Positions 46,795 through 55,559 of a stretch of DNA of 64,000 nt are shown in pieces. The DNA comes from Candidatus Poseidoniales archaeon (GTDB lineage Archaea; Thermoplasmatota; Poseidoniia; Poseidoniales; Poseidoniaceae): contig QQSI01000040.1 in the NCBI GenBank assembly GCA_003602645.1, positions 4,152-68,151 on the forward strand, written 5' to 3'. Under the pieces are notes generated by a model, which made no database searches, was not told where the DNA came from, and saw only the letters and a program-made list of their open reading frames with translations. How positions within the stretch are numbered: position 1 is the stretch's first letter; each line of letters begins with the position of its first letter. Position numbers and translations under genes: made by a program.

Positions 46795-47277
46795 TTACCA
46801 ACTGGTCTCTTCCCATTGGGGTGATTTACACCATTGGAGCAAATCGAGAGCGACCTCGCAAGATTCTGCAACTTCTGGATTTGGATCGTTGAGGTGGGCT
46901 TTGAGCACCGGCAAGACGCTCAGATCACCAATCGCTCCCATTGCTTCGGCCGCTTCGTGTCGGACCATGACATGCTCCTTATCGTCGCTGAGCCTTTCAA
47001 TGAGAGTAGGGAGGGCGGTTGGGTTTTGCATTTGACCAAGGACATAGGCGAGTTCATGACGCAGCAAAGCACTGCTTGAAAAAAATGCACTACACAATGC
47101 TAGGCAAGCTTCGTCCGACCCGTCGTTGCGAAGGGAGAACACTGTTCGCATTCGCTGAAACATTGGTGCGTTTTCATCCATTAAAAGAGCAGACCACTCT
47201 TTGAGTGTACCCACATTCTGTGGAGGGGCGGGGTCAACCGAACCATATTGGCTCACTCCAGGTGCCCGTTCAGTCAT
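46795..47277 (-). CDS. Deoxyhypusine hydroxylase (DOHH)-like half-protein: HEAT repeats with two His-Glu iron-ligand motifs
   Basis: VDPAPP, FSLRNDG, SALLRHELAYVLGQMQ, HVMVRHEAAEAMGAIGD and ESCEVALD align almost residue for residue with the C-terminal half of eukaryotic DOHH, including both HE dyads. The protein is only about 160 aa. The ATG is at 47277. Confidence 0.7.
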   Translation of the reverse strand: MTERAPGVSQYGSVDPAPPQNVGTLKEWSALLMDENAPMFQRMRTVFSLRNDGSDEACLALCSAFFSSSALLRHELAYVLGQMQNPTALPTLIERLSDDKEHVMVRHEAAEAMGAIGDLSVLPVLKAHLNDPNPEVAESCEVALDLLQWCKSPQWEETSW

Positions 47278-47289
47278 ACACCTCACCAC

Positions 47290-48177
47290 TCAGGACTCAT
47301 CGGAGCCAATAAATTGCATGTCTCCGGGCTTGAACGCTGGATCAATGAGTCCGATTTCTTGGCCTTCTGTGATAAATTGCCGGATGGAAGCGCGTCCTTC
47401 TTTCTTGTAATCGATGGTGCGGTCATTGACGTACATGCTCACAAATTCCTTATTGGTGTCATCATCAATGCCTCTGCCCCACTTTTTGGCAAATTCAAGT
47501 GCTTCAGCAGGTGATTTCAGAGCATACTCAATGCTCATTTTGGTGTACTTAGTGATGTCTTCCATTGCTTGTGCTCCAAGATCTCGACGGACGACATTGC
47601 CTCCAAGCGGCATAGGCCAACCGCCGGTTCGTTCGTTCCACCAAACACCAAGATCAATATGCACGTGAAGGTCGTGATCAACATAGGTCAGTTGGCCTTC
47701 GTGAATGATGAGACCACTCAAGTAGGTTCCATCGAGGATGCGTGGGATGATTTCATCGAAGGGAACAACGGCAACTTCGCAGTCACCCCATGCCAGACGC
47801 AGCCCCATGTAGGCACTTGTTTTGAGGCCAGGGACGGCGATGATGTTGCTTCGGACATCTGATTCGCTTGCGCCCTGCATTGAAACAACCATTGGACCAT
47901 ACCCCTCACCCATCGAGGCACCACAATTCATCAAAGCATAATTCTCGGAAATTTCTGGGAATGCGTGGATGGAGACTGCTGAAACTTCAAGGTCGCAATT
48001 CATTGCGCGGTGGTTGAGTGTTTCGATGTCTTGCAGTTCGTGTACGAAGTGGTAGCCAGGAGTTGGAAAGGCACCAGTGGTCATTGCGTGGAACATAAAG
48101 GCGTCATCTGGGTCCGGAGAGTGTCCGATTCGAACAATTTTGTTGCCGTCTTCATCAAGGGGTAATTGAGCCACCAT
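47290..48177 (-). CDS. mqnD: 1,4-dihydroxy-6-naphthoate synthase MqnD (futalosine pathway)
   Basis: VRIGHSPDPDDAFMFHAM, AVPGLKTSAYMGLRLA, LIIHEGQLTY and WWNERTGGWPMPLGGNVVRRDLG match the MqnD family closely. The ATG at 48177 is preferred over the TTG at 48210. Confidence 0.8.
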   Translation of the reverse strand: MVAQLPLDEDGNKIVRIGHSPDPDDAFMFHAMTTGAFPTPGYHFVHELQDIETLNHRAMNCDLEVSAVSIHAFPEISENYALMNCGASMGEGYGPMVVSMQGASESDVRSNIIAVPGLKTSAYMGLRLAWGDCEVAVVPFDEIIPRILDGTYLSGLIIHEGQLTYVDHDLHVHIDLGVWWNERTGGWPMPLGGNVVRRDLGAQAMEDITKYTKMSIEYALKSPAEALEFAKKWGRGIDDDTNKEFVSMYVNDRTIDYKKEGRASIRQFITEGQEIGLIDPAFKPGDMQFIGSDES

Positions 48178-48345
48178 GATGCCTCGACTGGCGCGCCCTT
48201 GATGAACCAACCGCTAATTTTTCCTGATTTCTTCTTTTCCTGCATTGGTGATGCATTCACCGATTTGTTTTCAGTGTTGATTGATTCATCTGGGTCCAAG
48301 GGGAGTCGTGGTTTGGGCGTCAAGGCAACTGGTTGCATTGCATTT

Positions 48346-50514
48346 ATGCTGTTGGTGATGCTCTCCACGCCAGTGGCCTCGAGCGCGTCAACCATTTCGT
48401 TCACAGGCACCACGACCGTTGAAACCACCGACGGATCCTCGGCCTTAGCTATTGATTCGGACATGAACTACCTCGCAAGCGGTTACGATGACCACATGGC
48501 CATCATGTGGTTGGATAATCTATCGCTGATTGATATCATTGAAGTGGATCGACCCGTGGAATCACTGGAGTTTTCACCGGATGGCTCTCTCTTGGCTATT
48601 GCCATATCAGGGTCGGAAACAAAGGAGGACACCATTCAATTATTTGATGTCGAATCCATGACTCTGAGCCAAAAGCAACAATCGGCTAACGCTCGCCCAG
48701 TGGACATTGCCTGGTCGCCAGATGGGTTGCTACTTGCGGTTCCAAACGCGAATAATGGTATTGATTTAATCCGTATTTCTGATATGGAAATAGAGCGGAG
48801 TTTGACTGGCGAACACAATACAGACGTGACTTGTATTGGATTCACAAGCAACGGTGGGCATGTTATCAGCGGTGATGAATCGGGGCGAATGGTGATGTGG
48901 AACGTCGATGGTACTCCGACAGCAAAAAAATGGGAGTTTGGAAATGAACTCAAAACATGTTCTTTTGACCCAACCGACACACGCATCGCATCGCTTACGG
49001 TCGACGGTGCATTGAACACGCTTTCTTTTTCCGGTGGTGATTTACAAAGCGCTCAATTTACCTCAGGAGGTGGCTTGAGTTGGTCGTATGAAGGGACCTA
49101 CATACATTTGACAGAAAATGGCGATGCTCCACGATTGCTGACATTGGATGCCTCCACATTTGAACAAGTGGAATCGACCTACATGGCTCACCAAGTGTTG
49201 GATATTGCCACGATCGAAAATCAATACGGTTTGGTTCAAGAATTCTATGCAGCAACCAACACCCTCCATTTGGCGAGGTATGGTAGCCATGCTGTCCCCG
49301 AAGGAATGGGGGTTGCTGGAGCAGACCTCGATGGTGATGGCATACCGGATTCACTCGACGATGATGATGACGGTGATGCGATCTTTGATCAATGGGATAC
49401 GTATTGCGGTGAGGTTGAAACAGATTGTGCACGCTCCCCCCATGAAGACCACATTCGTTCGGTTTCGATTCAATTGAACGCCACACATATGACGATTAAT
49501 GACAGGATCAAATTGGACATCGTCCTATCCTCTTCAATCAGAAATATGTCGAGAATTTCTATTATTGAGGATGCTCAGCTCAGTGGGAGCGAAACCGAAT
49601 TGTTTGCCCAATCCGTTTGTGCTAACCATGATGAGAGCAGAATCCTTGAACAATGGAAAGATACACTGATGCTTTCAGAAGGCCAATTGGAAGGTGGAAT
49701 AGTAACCTGTGCCGTCAGCGAAGGCATGACGCTCAGAGCACAAAATGATTTCAAAACTCACATCGGTGTTGAATACACGATTTCGTTCAACCTTTCCTCT
49801 GCACCGATTTTCCCGTTCACAGTTGCATTCGAAGAGCAACCTATCGCCACTGATGCCTCATTATCCCATCTTGCAGAAATGCATCCTATTCATGTGACGC
49901 TTTCTGCAAAGGGAGCGAATGATGTCGAATTGTCTCCATGGTGGACCACAGAATCTCCTTTGGAACTCACTTTGGAGGAACGCGTGGTCAAAGAACCAAC
50001 CTTGACACAGAAAGGAGTGGATTTATTCGCGAATTATCCAATTCTTTTTGTCTTCGTTCTTGCCTTCCTTGCTGGAGGCATCGTGCTCGTATTGAGGACA
50101 AAAAACACAATGGGTATGGATCTCAACATCTTTGACGAAGAGGATGATGAGCCGAGTCGCGATGAAGACGAGGATGAATCAAGCACCTCAATCGAAGAGG
50201 AAGCTTCACTTGAAGTCCCTCTTGCCGAGCCGGAACAAGCAAAACCCGTCGAATCAAAAACGAATGTAAGGGACACAACGACCGACCATCCAGTTCAGAC
50301 CAAAAAACGCAGGAAAGTGAGCCAACGCACCTCCAGAGAGGGCCCGATTACAACAGTGAAGAGAAAGCGCTTGGATGGTGGAGAAGAACCTCCTGTTCAG
50401 AAAAGAGCAACCAGCAAAAAGCGAATTGTCAAACCCAACACGTCGACAAAGCGGAAGACAAGAAGGGTCGTAACTCAATCCGACAAAGAAGAAGACACTT
50501 CACCAGGCGAATGA
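48346..50514 (+). CDS. Membrane-anchored extracellular WD40/beta-propeller protein with an Asp-rich calcium-binding-like loop and a basic cytoplasmic tail
   Basis: The signal peptide is MLLVMLSTPVASSAS. WD-like blades are present (LEFSPDGSLLAIA, IAWSPDGLLLAV, CIGFTSNGGHVISGDESGRMVMWNV). A DLDGDGIPDSLDDDDDGD loop follows. A C-terminal TM helix (ILFVFVLAFLAGGIVLVL) leads into a K/R-rich tail. The ATG is at 48346. Confidence 0.65.
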   Translation: MLLVMLSTPVASSASTISFTGTTTVETTDGSSALAIDSDMNYLASGYDDHMAIMWLDNLSLIDIIEVDRPVESLEFSPDGSLLAIAISGSETKEDTIQLFDVESMTLSQKQQSANARPVDIAWSPDGLLLAVPNANNGIDLIRISDMEIERSLTGEHNTDVTCIGFTSNGGHVISGDESGRMVMWNVDGTPTAKKWEFGNELKTCSFDPTDTRIASLTVDGALNTLSFSGGDLQSAQFTSGGGLSWSYEGTYIHLTENGDAPRLLTLDASTFEQVESTYMAHQVLDIATIENQYGLVQEFYAATNTLHLARYGSHAVPEGMGVAGADLDGDGIPDSLDDDDDGDAIFDQWDTYCGEVETDCARSPHEDHIRSVSIQLNATHMTINDRIKLDIVLSSSIRNMSRISIIEDAQLSGSETELFAQSVCANHDESRILEQWKDTLMLSEGQLEGGIVTCAVSEGMTLRAQNDFKTHIGVEYTISFNLSSAPIFPFTVAFEEQPIATDASLSHLAEMHPIHVTLSAKGANDVELSPWWTTESPLELTLEERVVKEPTLTQKGVDLFANYPILFVFVLAFLAGGIVLVLRTKNTMGMDLNIFDEEDDEPSRDEDEDESSTSIEEEASLEVPLAEPEQAKPVESKTNVRDTTTDHPVQTKKRRKVSQRTSREGPITTVKRKRLDGGEEPPVQKRATSKKRIVKPNTSTKRKTRRVVTQSDKEEDTSPGE

Positions 50515-51306
50515 TGAGCCTTCTGTGAGATCGCAAGCATCGACCAAGAACTGTTCTAGCCCTTGTATGTGTTCTGGGTCCAACCGATTGAAAACTTCAC
50601 CAAAGTATCGATCCAATCGATCGTATTTGAGGTCTGATTTCGACATTGACCACTCGATAACTTCCTTCCTTGTTTTTGGGTCGGATTCAAAATGTGAAAG
50701 GCGATGAAGCAAAGCTTCCTGTGCGGCTTGCACATCCTCTATTGGGGTGTCTCTTCTGGCTGCAAAAACTCCGAAAACCATTGGTTTTTGCGTTCGATTG
50801 AGCCATGCTTGTCCAAGATCGAGTTGAACTCGTTCTGGTTGTTTCTTGGCTTCTTCCAAGGCACGGTCTCCAATGAGAAGGGCACCATCGCATTCGGAGA
50901 GCATGGTGTCCAAATCTGGGCCCATCAACTGTGTTTTTGGTTCCAAACGCTCTTGTTTTAGAATGTACTTCAGTAGAGCAACAGACGTCATCGAATCTGT
51001 GGGTAATGCGATGCTTTGCATTTTTGCCAACGGCAGATCACCGAACAGCAAAACGCTACCAACTTCCCCTTTGCTGCAGATCCCTATTTCTGGAACCAGA
51101 ACAAGTTTGTCGGCATGTCGGGCGTAATCTGCTGCTGGAATGGGGGCAAGGACACAATCCTTTCTCAGGAGGTGTCCGGTGAGCCATGAAGGGGGAGCGG
51201 GTAGAACTTCCCATTCATCATCGAGGCCGTAAAAAAGTGGGTCGCAATTTAGGAAAGCAACGCGGCCGATGATGCGCTTCCACCGAGGGGTTTGAGCCAC
51301 TTGCAT
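50500..51306 (-). CDS. mqnA: Chorismate dehydratase MqnA (futalosine pathway)
   Basis: IIGRVAFLNCDPLFYGL is the hallmark N-terminus of MqnA. The protein is about 268 aa with a periplasmic-binding-protein-like fold pattern. Confidence 0.75.
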   Translation of the reverse strand: MQVAQTPRWKRIIGRVAFLNCDPLFYGLDDEWEVLPAPPSWLTGHLLRKDCVLAPIPAADYARHADKLVLVPEIGICSKGEVGSVLLFGDLPLAKMQSIALPTDSMTSVALLKYILKQERLEPKTQLMGPDLDTMLSECDGALLIGDRALEEAKKQPERVQLDLGQAWLNRTQKPMVFGVFAARRDTPIEDVQAAQEALLHRLSHFESDPKTRKEVIEWSMSKSDLKYDRLDRYFGEVFNRLDPEHIQGLEQFLVDACDLTEGSSFAW

Positions 51307-51314
51307 CCGTCCAT

Positions 51315-52529
51315 CTACTCCTGTATAACTTGCAGTCTTTTTCGGCGCTTTGGCTCAGGCGCAACATAGATTTCAAATCGCTCATACGTCGTGTTTCTTT
51401 GAATTGGAACACACCCCGCATCTTTGATTAAGCGAGACAACTGAAATCGATCATGGTCCAACGGTGTTGTCGAACCTGCCAAATGCATGATTGATTCTTT
51501 TTGAACGGTCCCGTCAATATCATCAGCGCCAAATTGGAGGGCAAGTTCAGCGAGTTCATCACCAATGTTCATTCTGTAAGCTTTGATGTGGGGAATTGAA
51601 TGGAGCATAAGTCGAGATACTGCTATGGTTCTTAGGATTTCACTCCCTGTCGCAAGTTGCGCTTCAGGAAGGCGAGTGTCATCTGGAAGGAAGGGATAGG
51701 GCACAAAGCATTGAAATCCGCCGGTTTCTGAGGCAAGTTCGCGCAATGAAATCATGTGCTCCACTCGTTGTTGGAGTGTTTCAATGGTCCCAAAGAGCAT
51801 GGTGCAATTGGTTGGAAGCCCGATTTCGTGGGCAGATCTGTGGATGTCGAGGTATTCTTGGGAACTTTCTTTTCCGTTGCAGATAATGGCTCTCACATCA
51901 TCGTCGAGTATTTCCGCGCCCCCTCCAGGCAAAGACCCTAGGCCGGCGTCCTTCATTCGTTGGAGTGTCTCGGTGTACGAAAGGTTCGAAAGTTGGGAAA
52001 TATGTTTGATTTCAACAGCCGTCAATGCCTTGATCGTGATGTGAGGGAACTGTGCTTTTGTGGCACGGAAAAGTTGTTCATAATGTTCAATACCCCAATC
52101 TGGATGAAGGCCTCCTACTGAATGAACCTCATCCACAAATGGAGCATACTGGGCGAGATCTTCGAGGTAAGCGTCGATTTCCATAGCGTACGCATCCTGT
52201 GCCTTTTTGCTTCTTCGGAAAGCGCAGAATTTGCAGGCTAATACGCAGACATTGGTTTGGTTCACGTGGACATTGCTGTTGAAGAATGCCTTGTCATCAA
52301 AGCGCGCTGTCCGTACCTCATGCGCTAACCGCCCAACCTCACTGAGGTTTGGGTGATTGTAGAGGGTGAGACCGTCTTCCAATGAGAGGGATTCACCGCG
52401 AATCAATTTGTCTACCAAGGGTGAGAGAGGTTTGCTCCATTGGGAACTTTGTAGAAGTGAATCTGTCAGGCGTTGTTGCCAATCTTGGTTTGAACCAGCG
52501 TCAAACCGCGATGATGTCCATCCTGACAT
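51315..52529 (-). CDS. Radical SAM menaquinone biosynthesis enzyme of the MqnC/MqnE family
   Basis: The CxxxCxxC cluster is in VCVLACKFCAF. LPGGGAEIL and GGFQCFVPYPF match cyclic dehypoxanthinyl-futalosine and aminofutalosine synthases. MqnC and MqnE cannot be told apart by eye. The ATG at 52529 avoids overlap with the ATPase gene. Confidence 0.7.
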   Translation of the reverse strand: MSGWTSSRFDAGSNQDWQQRLTDSLLQSSQWSKPLSPLVDKLIRGESLSLEDGLTLYNHPNLSEVGRLAHEVRTARFDDKAFFNSNVHVNQTNVCVLACKFCAFRRSKKAQDAYAMEIDAYLEDLAQYAPFVDEVHSVGGLHPDWGIEHYEQLFRATKAQFPHITIKALTAVEIKHISQLSNLSYTETLQRMKDAGLGSLPGGGAEILDDDVRAIICNGKESSQEYLDIHRSAHEIGLPTNCTMLFGTIETLQQRVEHMISLRELASETGGFQCFVPYPFLPDDTRLPEAQLATGSEILRTIAVSRLMLHSIPHIKAYRMNIGDELAELALQFGADDIDGTVQKESIMHLAGSTTPLDHDRFQLSRLIKDAGCVPIQRNTTYERFEIYVAPEPKRRKRLQVIQE

Positions 52530-52584
52530 ACATACCCCTATCACGATGCGTTCTTGAAGATGTGGATGAATCCATAGCGTAACA

Positions 52585-55506
52585 TCAACGAGAACCCGGT
52601 GTGAAGAAATTCGAATTGACGATGAATTTTCTGAACTCGTCAATCACGAAAACAGAGCCTGAGACGACAAAAATAATCGCCCAATCTGTTGCTGATAAGA
52701 CCGTTGTCGACATCAAGTCACCCACGTGTAAACTGGTGAGTGGTATCCTATGTTCTGCAAGTTGAACAAAGAACATCAATAATCCGAGTGAGAATAAAAA
52801 GGCGTAATTAATCCACTTGTTTGAAAACAAGCCGAGCTTGAACGCACTTTCTCGATTGCTTCGGCAATTCATCACGTTGAACAGTTGATAGACAATAAAC
52901 ACTGAGAACGTCATGGTTTGAGCATGTTGGAACAATTCCTCATTGTTTGTTTCAGAAGCTTGTATTGCAGCAAGTTGTTCTTGAGTGGCCTCGTCTCCCA
53001 TTCGAATACCAAGTTCACATTGGGCGACATCAAAGGGAGCTTCAGCTTCAGTTTGGAGGGGGTGGATGTCACATGTACCAACTCCGCCACCTGCAAGGAA
53101 GAAGACGATGAGCGTCCCAGTGACCATCACAGCACCAAGATAGAAGATCAGTGTGATGTCCCTGAAATTAGGCATGCCTTCATTGACCGGACGCGGTGGT
53201 TGGTTCATGACATCACCATGGTTTTTCTCAACACCTAAGGCAACGGCAGGTGGACCATCCATCAGAATGTTGATGACGAGAATTTGTGTTGCTGTCAAAG
53301 GTAAATTCCAACCAAACAAAAAGGTGGAAATAATGATCAAGGCAACAGCTGCGACGTTGGTAGAGACCTGGTAGCGTACGAAATTTCGAATGTTTTGGTA
53401 GATTTTTCGTCCTTCTTCAACGGCATGAACAATGTTGGCGAAGTTATCATCTTGAAGCACCATGTCGGCAGCATCCTTGGCTACATCTGTACCAGCAATG
53501 CCCATTGCGATGCCGATGTTAGCTCGTGATAAGGCGGGGGCGTCATTGACCCCATCACCCGTCATGGCAACAATTTCACCTTGATCCTGTAGGGAAGAGA
53601 CGATGCGCATCTTCTGTTCTGGTGTGACCCTAGAAAAGATGGAAGCCTGACCGGATGCTTCGCTCAATTGTTGGTCGTCATAATCCGCCAATGCATTGCC
53701 GTTCACAGGAGGTATGCCACCTTCGGTGATGTTCAATTCACGGCCGATGGCTTCCGCAGTGTATTGTTGATCACCAGTGATCATTTTCACCCGGATTCCT
53801 GCGCGCTGACACACTTCAATGGCGTCTTTGACTTCCGCTCTAGGCGGGTCCATGATACCAACAAGGCCGAGGAAAATGAAACTTGATTCAACACTGTCGA
53901 TGTCCTCGATGTCTTCATCATCATCAAGGCGACGGGCGCAGAGGGCAATCACGCGCATGGCTTGGCCTGCCATGTCTTTGTTAGCAATTGAGGCCAGTTC
54001 AAAGTCAGTTTCCTCGATCGGAACAATTTCCCCATCCTTGATTTTCCATTTCACCAGAGAAACATATCCACCAGCTCCGCCTTTCGAAAAGACCCAGCGT
54101 TCGCCTTCATAATCGTGGATAACTGACATTCGCTTCCGATTGGTATCGAAAAAGAATTCATGGAGCCGCGAATGTCGTTGAGCGAATTTCTTCACATCCC
54201 CATTGATTTTCCACCCAAGAACTGCGCATGCTGAGTCTGTTGGATCGCCAAGTGCCTGCCATTGTCCATCAACTTTAGAGATTTGAGAATTGTGACATAG
54301 ACTCAAGCACGCAGCAGAAAGGCGGAAAGCAAGATCGCTTTGATATCCTGAAAGTTCTTCGCCAGTGACAATTTTTCCGTTATACGAAAGTTCACCCTTT
54401 GGTTTGAAACCTTCTCCGGAGATAGTGAATGTGCCATCCGTGGTGGTGAGTTGGCGTGCTGTCATCTGATTCTTTGTGAGTGTGCCAGTTTTGTCAGAGC
54501 AAATGACAGTTGTGGAGCCAAGCGTTTCAACAGCCTTCATTCGTCGAATGATTGCTTTGTGTTTAGCCATATTACGCATACCAAGGGCAAGCGTAATCAC
54601 AAGAATAATTGGCAATCCTTCTGGAACAATAGCCACGAAAATCGCGATGGCTACAATAAATTGTTCAACCGCAACCTCTCGCAAATCCGCTGTCGGGTCA
54701 CCATAAGCAATGATCATCTTGATGGCTACCATGAGTACCGCAACAACAAGCGCTACAATTCCAAGGAATTTGCCCAAGGATTCAAGTTTGTGCTCAAGGG
54801 GGGTTTTCGGTGACTCGGAGCCCACGATATCGCTTGCAATCCGTCCAAGTTCAGTGTTCATTCCTATGTTGACCACAATGCCAACAGCACGTCCAGTGGC
54901 TACACTGGTGCCCATGTAGGCCATGTTATTTCTGTCAGCGAGCAAAGCTTCGCTAGCAATTGGCGCGGTTGTTTTCTTAATGCTGTCAGATTCACCTGTC
55001 AGCGATGACTCATCAATTTTGCATTGATAGGATTCAACCACTCGTACATCCGCTGGCACATTGATGCCTTCCTCGAGTTTGACCACATCCCCGGGAACCA
55101 GGAGGGGGGTTGGCACCTCTTGTTCGACACCATCACGAACAACAATACAGCTTGATACGGCCATTTGTTTGAGTGAATCCATCGCCTGTTCCGCCTGACC
55201 TTCTTGCCAAAATCCGAAAACGGCATTTGCAGTGAGGACTGAAAAAATGAAAATTGCGTCTCCAGGTTGGTCTGGGTGAATGGAAAGGGCAACGAGTGCA
55301 GCACCAATGAGAAGGTAATTGAGTGGATCGTTATATTGGGAGAGAAAACGCAACCAGGCAGGGGTTTTCTCAGGTTCTTGGAGTTTGTTTTCACCATATT
55401 TGGCGCGTCGAACTTCAACCTCGGAAGCACTCAACCCTTCAGGCTGGGTCTCGAGCTTGAGATATGTGTCTTCAGATGTCACATCGTGCCATTGTTGTGT
55501 TGCCAT
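52585..55506 (-). CDS. P-type ATPase, type IIA (SERCA-like) calcium-transporting
   Basis: ICSDKTGTLT is the phosphorylation site. TGES, VPEGLP in TM4, TGDGVNDAPAL and the N-terminal cation-ATPase domain are present. There are ten TM segments. The ATG is at 55506. Confidence 0.85.
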   Translation of the reverse strand: MATQQWHDVTSEDTYLKLETQPEGLSASEVEVRRAKYGENKLQEPEKTPAWLRFLSQYNDPLNYLLIGAALVALSIHPDQPGDAIFIFSVLTANAVFGFWQEGQAEQAMDSLKQMAVSSCIVVRDGVEQEVPTPLLVPGDVVKLEEGINVPADVRVVESYQCKIDESSLTGESDSIKKTTAPIASEALLADRNNMAYMGTSVATGRAVGIVVNIGMNTELGRIASDIVGSESPKTPLEHKLESLGKFLGIVALVVAVLMVAIKMIIAYGDPTADLREVAVEQFIVAIAIFVAIVPEGLPIILVITLALGMRNMAKHKAIIRRMKAVETLGSTTVICSDKTGTLTKNQMTARQLTTTDGTFTISGEGFKPKGELSYNGKIVTGEELSGYQSDLAFRLSAACLSLCHNSQISKVDGQWQALGDPTDSACAVLGWKINGDVKKFAQRHSRLHEFFFDTNRKRMSVIHDYEGERWVFSKGGAGGYVSLVKWKIKDGEIVPIEETDFELASIANKDMAGQAMRVIALCARRLDDDEDIEDIDSVESSFIFLGLVGIMDPPRAEVKDAIEVCQRAGIRVKMITGDQQYTAEAIGRELNITEGGIPPVNGNALADYDDQQLSEASGQASIFSRVTPEQKMRIVSSLQDQGEIVAMTGDGVNDAPALSRANIGIAMGIAGTDVAKDAADMVLQDDNFANIVHAVEEGRKIYQNIRNFVRYQVSTNVAAVALIIISTFLFGWNLPLTATQILVINILMDGPPAVALGVEKNHGDVMNQPPRPVNEGMPNFRDITLIFYLGAVMVTGTLIVFFLAGGGVGTCDIHPLQTEAEAPFDVAQCELGIRMGDEATQEQLAAIQASETNNEELFQHAQTMTFSVFIVYQLFNVMNCRSNRESAFKLGLFSNKWINYAFLFSLGLLMFFVQLAEHRIPLTSLHVGDLMSTTVLSATDWAIIFVVSGSVFVIDEFRKFIVNSNFFTPGSR

Positions 55507-55559
55507 GAAATTCACCAAAGAAGGGAGGACCCTACATTAGGGGGTTCTATATTGGACTT

